From: an uncultured Alteromonadaceae bacterium
GTDB taxonomy: Bacteria; Pseudomonadota; Gammaproteobacteria; Pseudomonadales; Halieaceae
DNA length: 64,000 nucleotides
Direction: 5' to 3'
NCBI GenBank assembly: GCA_964620555.1
Contig: CAZUGZ010000001.1
Location: forward strand, 13,667-77,666
Part shown: positions 56,782 through 64,000 of the stretch, piece after piece
Numbering within the stretch: position 1 is the first letter of the stretch
Layout of the letters: each line of letters begins with the position of its first letter
Program-made: the position numbers and the translations under genes
Notes under the pieces: model-generated
Told to the model about the DNA's origin: nothing
The model's input: only the letters and a program-made list of their open reading frames with translations
The model's database searches: none

Positions 56782-57804
56782 ATGGCAAGCCTGCGCTCAA
56801 AACTACTGAACACTGCTACCCGCTTTGCAAGCCGGTTGCTGTTTCGTCCGAGGGAGGATGTGACCGGCTTCCGGAAGATGTTCGCCCGTACTGATCGGCG
56901 CCGGGCAGGCGCCCTGGCGGCGGGTATCTGCACCGAAGAACAGGAAATGCCGGTGGCCGGTCGCTGGTTGCACAACGGCGACGGCGCGCCGGACAAAGTC
57001 ATTCTCTACCTGCACGGCGGGGCCTTTATCCTGCGTCTGCCCGAGAGTCACACTGCCATGGTGTCTCTGCTGTGCCGGGAACTCGGCGCATCCGCTTTTT
57101 TGCCCTGGTACCGCCTGGCGCCCGAGCACCCGTTCCCGGCGGCCCCCGAAGATTGTCTGGCGGCCTATCGTTACCTCCTGGAGAGCCATGCACCGGGTGA
57201 TATCGTGGTGATGGGAGATTCCGCGGGAGGCAACCTCACCCTGTCACTGCTCAACCAGCTCAAGCGCGAAGGGCTGCCGCAGCCCGCCGCTGCCGTGGCT
57301 TTGTCTCCGCCCCTGGACTTTGCCCAGATCAGCGCCACCTGGTTGCTGCATCGCTGGACGGATCCCATGTACGTGGTACAGCCCGCCGTGGCACCACAGC
57401 GGTACTACCTGAATGCGGACCAGCTCACCGATCCAATCGCCTCGCCGGTATACGGGGATCTGGCGGGTCTGCCGCCGGTGCTGTTGCTGGTGGGGAGTGT
57501 GGAAGCCCTGAGGGACGACGTAATGGGTTATGCCCGCGCCGCCACACTGGCGCGCACCCCCGTGCAGGTGCATGTCTGGGGGGGTATGCCGCACGTGCAC
57601 ATGTTGCAGCCCTTCCTGCCGGAGACGGCCCTGGCGCGGGAGCGGGTGTGCGATTGGGTGCAGTGCGCGTTGCGCGGCGAATTCGCGGGTTCCGGGCCTT
57701 CCTGCCTGAAAGATGTGGTGATTCTGTTCAATCGACGGCCCCTGCTGGGGGGCGTATCGCGATTCAGCAACAGTGATGCGGACTACATGAGAGATGTATT
57801 GTGA
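56782..57804 (+). CDS. Alpha/beta hydrolase, hormone-sensitive-lipase-type esterase
   Basis: 340 aa. Oxyanion LYLHGGAF, nucleophile elbow GDSAGGNL, and GMPHVH near the C-terminus. Confidence 0.8.
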   Translation: MASLRSKLLNTATRFASRLLFRPREDVTGFRKMFARTDRRRAGALAAGICTEEQEMPVAGRWLHNGDGAPDKVILYLHGGAFILRLPESHTAMVSLLCRELGASAFLPWYRLAPEHPFPAAPEDCLAAYRYLLESHAPGDIVVMGDSAGGNLTLSLLNQLKREGLPQPAAAVALSPPLDFAQISATWLLHRWTDPMYVVQPAVAPQRYYLNADQLTDPIASPVYGDLAGLPPVLLLVGSVEALRDDVMGYARAATLARTPVQVHVWGGMPHVHMLQPFLPETALARERVCDWVQCALRGEFAGSGPSCLKDVVILFNRRPLLGGVSRFSNSDADYMRDVL

Positions 57805-58574
57805 GAGCCAAAAATGAGGGCGCGAGTGCTGGGCGCCTGCAGGGTAAGACGGCGCTGGTAACCGGCGCCGCCAGCGGTATTGGCCTGGCGATTGCCCGGC
57901 GTTTTGCCCGCGAGGGGGCGCTGGTGGCGTTGGCGGACCTCGATGAACCCCTGGTCACCGAACGGTCCGCGGAGCTTGCGAAGCAGGGTGGCAATGCTCT
58001 TGGTCTGCGGCTGGATGTCAGTGTCGAGGCGGATTGGGAGCAGGCCTTCGCCTCGTTGCAGGCCACCGGGGTGAGTCTGGATATTCTGGTCAACAACGCC
58101 GGCATACCTGCCCAGGGCTCCATCGAGGAAACCGATCTGGCGAGCTGGCGCAAGGTGATGGCGGTCAACCTGGACGGCACCTTCCTCGGTTGCAAGTACG
58201 CCGTCGTTCATATGCAGGAGCGCGGTGGCTCCATCGTCAACGTGGCCTCCATCGGCGCCCTGCGGGCCAGCGTGGTAGGGCCCGCCTACGGCGCATCCAA
58301 GGCGGGTGTGTGGAACCTCACCCGTACCGTCGCGCTGCACTGCGCGCGCGCCGGTTACGATATTCGTTGCAATTCGGTGCACCCGGGACTGACCCATACG
58401 CCCATGATGAACGATGTACCCGAGGACATGATTGCGAAAATGGCCGCCAGTGTGCCCACCGGCCGGATTGCGGAACCGGAGGATATCGCCAACGCGGTGT
58501 TGTATTTCGCCAGCGACGAGGCCCGCCAGGCCACTGGCTCCACCCTGGTGGTGGACGGCGGCATGCTGGCGTAG
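57801..58574 (+). CDS. SDR-family oxidoreductase
   Basis: GTG start overlapping the previous stop. ALVTGAASGIGLAIARRFAREGA, NNAG, YGASKAG, and a C-terminal GSTLVVDGG. Confidence 0.85.
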   Translation: MRAKNEGASAGRLQGKTALVTGAASGIGLAIARRFAREGALVALADLDEPLVTERSAELAKQGGNALGLRLDVSVEADWEQAFASLQATGVSLDILVNNAGIPAQGSIEETDLASWRKVMAVNLDGTFLGCKYAVVHMQERGGSIVNVASIGALRASVVGPAYGASKAGVWNLTRTVALHCARAGYDIRCNSVHPGLTHTPMMNDVPEDMIAKMAASVPTGRIAEPEDIANAVLYFASDEARQATGSTLVVDGGMLA

Positions 58575-58654
58575 AAGCGGGCTCCGGACGCAACTCCTGA
58601 TCAAGGTAGACACAATGACAAAAAAGCCTGATTACTCAAAGGCGAACCCGGGTC

Positions 58655-60112
58655 GTGAATAGGTCGATCGGGAAGACAATCCGGTGCCTGGAGAGGAAAC
58701 TGGACGAGGCCCAGAGCTATGCGCAGTGGAGCGAAATAGCGCAACAGCACGACCAATTCACCGGTATGGAGCAGTGGAGGGATACCGACCACACATCGCT
58801 GTACGACCACGCCGAGATTCGACTGCGCCTGCAGCAACTTCAGGACCAGCACCATCAGCAGGATCACGCAGGCCTGCTGTTCACCCTGAACCAGGGCATA
58901 CACGGCAATATGGGCGGTATGGGGCGCCCCGCCCTTTACAGCCAGGCGCGCTTTGGCACCAAGCGGCTGGTTACCGAGTATATCGACGAGATCGCCCATG
59001 CCCTGGATATCCTGTCCAACAGCGACAGCCCGCAACTGGATACCCATGAGAAACTGGATTTCTTTCACCGGGCGCGGCACTGCTTTGGCAGCTCCGCCCT
59101 GATGTTGAGCGGTGCCGGCACCCTGGGTTTTTTCCACATGGGGGTGATCAAGGCTCTGGTGGAGCAGAGTCTGTTGCCGCGGGTGATATCCGGTTCCAGC
59201 GCCGGTGCCATGATCGCCGCGACGGTGGGTACCCACACCGACGAGGAACTGCGGCACTTTTTCGATCCGGCCAATATCCCTGTGGAAGCGGGGGAAAACC
59301 GGCGCATTCTCGATGCCCTGTTTCTTGGGCGCGAGGGCCGCCTGGACAGGAACTATATCGAGGCCATGCGCGAGCACTTTGTGCGGGATTTGACTTTTCA
59401 GGAGGCGTACGAACTCACCGGCCACGCGGTGAACATTTCCGTGTCGCCCGCCGAAACCAACCAGACCTCGCGGCTGCTCAATGCGGTAACCTCGCCCAAT
59501 GTCACTATCCGTTCCGCGGTCAGTGCCTCCTGCGCCGTGCCGGGAGCATTGGAACCGGTGATGCTGGAGGCCAAATCCAAGCGCGGTGAGCGCGTGCCCT
59601 ATTTGCCCAGCCGCCGCTGGGTGGACGGTTCGGTGAGCAGCGATCTGCCGGCCAAGCGCCTGGCGCGGCTGTATGGTGTGAATCACTTTATCGTAAGCCA
59701 AACCAATCCATTGGTGTTGTGGGCAATGTCCGACCCGAAAACGGAACAGGGTGTGCAGTTCAGCCTGAAACGCTTCTCCAGGCGGATGGGCCGGGAGCTG
59801 ATCGAACTGAATTACCAGGCGCTGAAACCCTTGTTGCGGCGCTCGCCGGCCCTGGGTACCGCCATGGGCCAGTTGCACTCCATGGTCACCCAGGATTACC
59901 TGGGGGATATCAATATTCTGCCGAGCTACCGTTTTTTTGATCCGCGCAAGCTGGCCAGGCGCTGGTCGGAGGAAGAATTGCGTTTCCTGCTGCGCGAGGG
60001 TGAACGGGCCACCTGGCCCAAGGTCGAGATGATCCGCAATTGTACGAAGGTGAGCCGCAAGCTGGAAGAGATACTCGGACGCTACGAGGTGGTTGGTGCG
60101 GAGCCCGATTAG
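58655..60112 (+). CDS. Patatin-like phospholipase with N-terminal DUF3336-like region
   Basis: GTG start, 485 aa. Oxyanion LSGAGTLGFFHMG, nucleophile GSSAGA, catalytic Asp region VDGSV. Confidence 0.8.
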   Translation: MNRSIGKTIRCLERKLDEAQSYAQWSEIAQQHDQFTGMEQWRDTDHTSLYDHAEIRLRLQQLQDQHHQQDHAGLLFTLNQGIHGNMGGMGRPALYSQARFGTKRLVTEYIDEIAHALDILSNSDSPQLDTHEKLDFFHRARHCFGSSALMLSGAGTLGFFHMGVIKALVEQSLLPRVISGSSAGAMIAATVGTHTDEELRHFFDPANIPVEAGENRRILDALFLGREGRLDRNYIEAMREHFVRDLTFQEAYELTGHAVNISVSPAETNQTSRLLNAVTSPNVTIRSAVSASCAVPGALEPVMLEAKSKRGERVPYLPSRRWVDGSVSSDLPAKRLARLYGVNHFIVSQTNPLVLWAMSDPKTEQGVQFSLKRFSRRMGRELIELNYQALKPLLRRSPALGTAMGQLHSMVTQDYLGDINILPSYRFFDPRKLARRWSEEELRFLLREGERATWPKVEMIRNCTKVSRKLEEILGRYEVVGAEPD

Positions 60113-60176
60113 CCCGCATATCTACCCGGGCTTGTGCGGCAAACGTCGCTACGAACCCCGGTGAGATATGCGGGCT

Positions 60177-61028
60177 CTATTCTCCCGCCAGGAAATTTTC
60201 CAGTACGAGCAGGCGATCCTGCGCTTCATCCGGCAACAACCGACTGGCGTAGTTGATCAGCGAGGGTTGCACACCCACCGTGTACCGTGCCGCCGGCCGC
60301 TTCTCTTCCAGCGCCTTCAGAATCGTTGCCGCCACGGCTTCCGGCGCCACGCCATGGCGGTAGCCGTATTCCATGCGCTTCCGGTGCCCGCGATAGAGCT
60401 TCAGGTATTCCTCGGGCTCGTCCCGGGGATTGTCGGTGATGATGCCGTCGATTTCCTTCAGGTGGTGCAGCATCATACTGGTCTTGATGGGGCCGGGTTT
60501 CACCAGGCTGACGGGAATCTTCCAGAGCGCCAGTTCCCGCCGCAGAGCATCTGACAGGGCCTCCAGCGCGAATTTGGAGGCACTGTAGCCACCCAGGGCG
60601 GGCAGGGCGATATCGCCCCCCGAGGAGCCGACGAAGATCAGCCGTCCCTGCCCGTGCCGCAACAGTGGAATCGACAACTGCGCAGCCCGCAGTGTGCCGG
60701 CAACGTTGATCTGCAGGATCTCCCTGAAGTCGGCCTCGCTCATCGTTTCCAGCATGGCGGCCCGGGTGATGGCCGCGCAGTTGATACTGCCGGCCAGGGC
60801 GTCGATGCCTTCCTCTTCCAGCACTGTGAAGGCGGATTCAATACTCCGGGTGCGCCCCAGGTTCATCTGTATGGTCCGCTCGCACAGTCCATCCGACAGC
60901 AGCCGCTGACCCTGTTTTTTGGTGCGGCAAGTTGCAATCACCCAATACCCACGGGACATCAGGCTCCTGGCCAGGACCTTGCCGACACCGCCGGTAGCCC
61001 CGATCAGGAGAATGCTTCGCTCGTTCAT
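60177..61028 (-). CDS. SDR-family oxidoreductase
   Basis: Start MNERSILLIGATGGVGK at 61028. YSASKFALEAL. Confidence 0.8.
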   Translation of the reverse strand: MNERSILLIGATGGVGKVLARSLMSRGYWVIATCRTKKQGQRLLSDGLCERTIQMNLGRTRSIESAFTVLEEEGIDALAGSINCAAITRAAMLETMSEADFREILQINVAGTLRAAQLSIPLLRHGQGRLIFVGSSGGDIALPALGGYSASKFALEALSDALRRELALWKIPVSLVKPGPIKTSMMLHHLKEIDGIITDNPRDEPEEYLKLYRGHRKRMEYGYRHGVAPEAVAATILKALEEKRPAARYTVGVQPSLINYASRLLPDEAQDRLLVLENFLAGE

Positions 61029-61133
61029 ATTACCGGACAAAATATAGCTGGCAGAATATAGTGAGCACCATATCTGTAGTATTCTTCCCTGTCCACCTGC
61101 TACCACTCAGCGGGGAAAGAGGAGAGAAGTGCA

Positions 61134-62570
61134 ATGCCCGCTGTAAATGCAGTGAACCAACTGGAGGGAATAGACGCAAACTTTATTCATCTGGATGGGC
61201 CCCGAACCCCGCTGCAGGTGGGTACCCTCATGTTTTAAGATGTGTCCACCGCGAAGAAAAGCTTCTTGCGCTTAAAGGACATACTGGCCACGTTTGATGA
61301 CCGGGTCGGCAAGCAAAGTGTGCTTCGCAAGAAATTGCGCAAGGTGCCCTTTGATCTGGACCATCCCTATTGGGTGGACGACGTGGACTTCAATATCGAA
61401 CACCACATACGACATATTGCCCTGCCCAAGCCGGGCGACTGGCGCCAGCTCTGTATCCAGGTGGCGCGGCTGCATGCCCGCCCGCTGGATATGGCCCGGC
61501 CACTGTGGGAGGTGTATGTCATAGAAGGGCTCGACAATATCGAGGGCCTGCCAAAGGGCGGCTTCGCGCTCTATGTGAAGTTGCACCATGCCTCGATCGA
61601 CGGCGTTGCCGGCAACGAACTGGTGACTGCCATTCACGATCCGGAGCCCTTTCCGGAAGTTCCGGAGAACGAGGATAGAGAACCTCGGGTGATGGCAAGC
61701 GGCCCCAGCGATTTCGAAATTCTGGCGCGTGGATATGTCAACCTGTGGCGCCAGCCGAGGCGCGTGTTTGATCTGGCTTCCCGGGCCTTTCCCGCCTGGC
61801 GCCGCCTGCGCAAGGGCCGGGAGGAAAAGCGCTTCGCTCCGCTCGGCCCCCCCCTGCGCACCTGTCTGAATGGCCGGGTTTCCGGCCACCTGGTGATGGA
61901 TGCCGCGATCTTCAGGCTCGATGACATGAAGCAGGTAAAGAACGCCTTTGACGGAGTGACGATCAATGACGTAATGCTCGCAATTGTGTCCGGCGCGATG
62001 CAAAGGTACCTCACTCACCGCGGTGAGTCGCCGGAGGGAAACCTGTCGGCGGGCATGCCGATCAATATCAGGCCCATGATCGACAAACCGGACTACTCCG
62101 ACGCCAGTAACCTGGTGAGCGTGGTCAAGGTGAGCCTGCAGAACCTGGTGGAGGATCCCGCCCAGCGTTTACTGGCCATCCACAGGAGTGCCGGCGAGTC
62201 CAAGGCCTACCAGGATGCCCTGGGGGTGGAGGTGATGCTGGAGGTGAGTAAATCCATGCCCGCCCTGCTGACCTCTCTGGCATCCCGGGCCCTGCCCACT
62301 TTGATGACCAAGTTGGTGAATACGATAGTGACCAACGTACCGGGTTCTCCGGTCCCCCTCTACATGGGCGGCGCGAAACTGGCGGGTATGTGCAATATCG
62401 GCGCCATACTGGACGGTCTGGGTCTGTTCCACGCAGTGAGCAGCTACTGCGGCACGGCGACCGTGTCGTTCCAGGCCTGCCGCGAGGCCATGCCCGACCC
62501 GGAGTTCTACCGGCAGTGCCTGCAGGAGTCCTTTGCGGAACTGCAGAAGGTGGCCGGGGAACAGCGGTAA
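61134..62570 (+). pseudogene. WS/DGAT-family wax-ester synthase/diacylglycerol acyltransferase interrupted by an in-frame TAA at codon 35
   Basis: ATG 61134 (RBS AAGAGGAGAG) gives MPAVNAVNQLEGIDANFIHLDGPRTPLQVGTLMF, then TAA (61236-61238). The same frame continues DVSTAKKSF...KLHHASIDGVAG (the HHxxxDG active site) to 62570. The track ORF starts at GTG 61242. Confidence 0.7.
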
Positions 62571-62767
62571 TCCGTCAGCAAAGCAGAGAACGAATTCATG
62601 TCAGGGGCATCGACCAAGACTGCGACCAGGAAAATCTTTACCGGGAAGTCGAGGCCCAATCCTGCGGGAAACTGAAGGAACACCTGGTAGACGCAATGGA
62701 CAAGGACGACGACCCGAAGGCGCGTCTGCGGGCCTGATCAGTTACCCCCCAAAATACAGTCTCTCTC

Positions 62768-63901
62768 CTACGCGACGATGTTTCTGACGTAGAGATCGTC
62801 AATATGCGCTTCGTCATAGCCGAATTCGGCCAGGATTTCCCGGGTATCCTCCCCTGCTTCGGGCACGCGGCCGGCGCGTTCCCTGTCTGGTTCCATGTCT
62901 GAGAACCGCAGGCAGTTGCCGATCTGTCGGGTGACGCCCCAGGGACCATTGGGGTGATCCCGCAGCAGGCCGGCCTGCTCCCAGGCATCTGAGTTGAACA
63001 GGATGGCTTCGAAGTCATCCCGGCAACGCTCCGCCCATACGCCCGCCTCATGCAGCAGAGACAGGAGTTCCCCGGTGTCGTGGCGGGCCGCCGCCCCGGC
63101 GAGATCATCGTGAGAGAAGTCTGCTGTCAGGTCCAGGGTCCTTTGCAGTGCCCGCTGCTGATCCGCACTCCGGGCGACTATTGCTACCCAGCCGTCCTTC
63201 GCCTGGTAAATGGATTGGGCGGGGTGGTTGCCGGTCAGGGTAGAATTGATGGTCGTCGCGCCATCGAAACTTTGGTCGCTATTCTGCAGAAGTTCCGAGT
63301 TCAACATGAGGCCGCTGTCGAGGAGATTGACGCACAGCCTTCCCCCCCCGCCCGAGCGCAGTCTGCGGAAATGACCCGCCAGCATGCCGATGGTACCGAG
63401 GTAGCCCCCGGTAAAATCCACTGGAGCCCAGCGCAGCCAGAGCGGATCGTTATCCTCACCGCCACAGTGGCTTTCCAGGCCGCACATGGCCTGTATGATC
63501 ATGTCGAAGCCGGGTAATTTCGACATGGGGCCGGTATCACCGTAGGCGCTGCTCTCCATATAGGTGAGCCCCGGGTTGCCTTCCTTCAGGTCGTCATGGC
63601 CCAGCCCCAGGCGCTCGGCCACGCCGGGACGAAAGTTGTGGCTTACCACGTCCGCGCTGAGGCAGATTTTTCTGGCGATCCCGATACCCTCCGGCTGCTT
63701 GAGGTCGAGCAGAATGGAGCGCTTACCGCGGTTGCAGCAGGCGAAGGGTCGCCACAGGTTTCGTTGCGGATCGCCGGTCAGGGGTTCGATCTTGATGACA
63801 TCGGCGCCGAGATCCGCCATGGGCACGGAGGCGTAGGGGCCTGCTACATACATGCCCAGATCCACGACGCGCATGTTCTGTAATGGCGCTTTCATCGTCA
63901 T
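62768..63901 (-). CDS. Family III CoA-transferase (CaiB/BaiF)
   Basis: 377 aa. MRVVDLGMYVAGPYASVPMADLGADVIKIEP, and a GYLGTIGMLAG region. Confidence 0.85.
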   Translation of the reverse strand: MTMKAPLQNMRVVDLGMYVAGPYASVPMADLGADVIKIEPLTGDPQRNLWRPFACCNRGKRSILLDLKQPEGIGIARKICLSADVVSHNFRPGVAERLGLGHDDLKEGNPGLTYMESSAYGDTGPMSKLPGFDMIIQAMCGLESHCGGEDNDPLWLRWAPVDFTGGYLGTIGMLAGHFRRLRSGGGGRLCVNLLDSGLMLNSELLQNSDQSFDGATTINSTLTGNHPAQSIYQAKDGWVAIVARSADQQRALQRTLDLTADFSHDDLAGAAARHDTGELLSLLHEAGVWAERCRDDFEAILFNSDAWEQAGLLRDHPNGPWGVTRQIGNCLRFSDMEPDRERAGRVPEAGEDTREILAEFGYDEAHIDDLYVRNIVA

Positions 63902-64000
63902 AGCCCCCGCACCGGAAAGCCGACGTATTGCCGACCTTTGTCATCGGTTTCCAATATCCCGTTGTGCGCCACCTGCGGATTGCTCCAGCAGTCGCCGGGA
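63898..64000 (-). CDS. 3' end of an unidentified upstream gene (partial)
   Basis: The reverse frame is open from the window edge and ends ...ILETDDKGRQYVGFPVRGL. Its TGA overlaps the CoA-transferase ATG (ATGA). Too short to assign. Confidence 0.3.
   Translation of the reverse strand, partial: PGDCWSNPQVAHNGILETDDKGRQYVGFPVRGL

Noticed and set aside
58601-59878. 425-aa minus-strand ORF
   Set aside because: Antisense to the patatin-like gene, which has GxGxxG and GxSxG motifs.
62598-62675. 25-aa ORF (MSGASTKTATRKIFTGKSRPNPAGN) in the 197-bp gap after the WS/DGAT gene
   Set aside because: No RBS and no recognisable family. An overlapping frame ending ...KEHLVDAMDKDDDPKARLRA lacks a start codon. 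The evidence is insufficient.

Overview
High-GC gammaproteobacterial chromosome segment. Synteny resembles E. coli/Pseudomonas envelope and ribosomal-protein neighbourhoods. Three parts. (1) 1-12.4 kb is a core envelope locus: rpoN (cut by the window edge), lptB, lptA, kdsC, kdsD, yrbG, a lone mlaC, ibaG, hisG, hisD, zapG and zapE. It contains a visibly AT-richer 2-kb scar at 6.2-8.3 kb with vapBC, a DUF433/DUF5615 pair and decayed type I R-M fragments. Genes expected from conserved synteny are absent from their usual slots: lptC, mlaFED/mlaB and murA. (2) 12.4-48.3 kb is a ~36-kb block of about 30 genes plus tRNA-Ser(CGA), wedged between zapE and rplM and almost entirely devoted to lipid and glycolipid work. 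It carries a Caulobacter-type ceramide gene set (ACP, serine-palmitoyltransferase-like enzyme, acyl-AMP ligase, CerR-like reductase, GNAT bCerS-like protein). A MurA homologue is translationally coupled to Spt, next to a MobA-like nucleotidyltransferase. It also carries two LpxL-family acyltransferases, a fatty-acid hydroxylase, an MsbA-like ABC exporter with an LptF/LptG-like pair, and three ELM1/DUF1022 putative glycosyltransferases. Further genes are a TonB-dependent receptor, a sulfotransferase/SDR/FAD-oxidoreductase/MMPL-RND/Rieske-oxygenase module, two GT8-like paralogues, an FkbM methyltransferase, an O-antigen-ligase-like protein, and an operon of exported protein, DAGK-type lipid kinase and Tam41-like nucleotidyltransferase. 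I consider this block the candidate for an undescribed system: synthesis, head-group elaboration and Lpt-like export of an anionic or glycosylated sphingolipid. Whether it is separate from housekeeping LPS assembly cannot be decided from this window. (3) 48.3-64 kb holds rplM-rpsI, petA plus a fused cytochrome b/c1 gene, sspAB, yciK-gph/mupP-ubiG-mtaD, and a neutral-lipid neighbourhood (esterase, SDRs, patatin/DUF3336, CoA-transferase, and a WS/DGAT gene interrupted by an in-frame TAA). No CRISPR array, integrase, transposase or rRNA was seen. All functional calls rest on reading motifs in the supplied translations. No database search was run.
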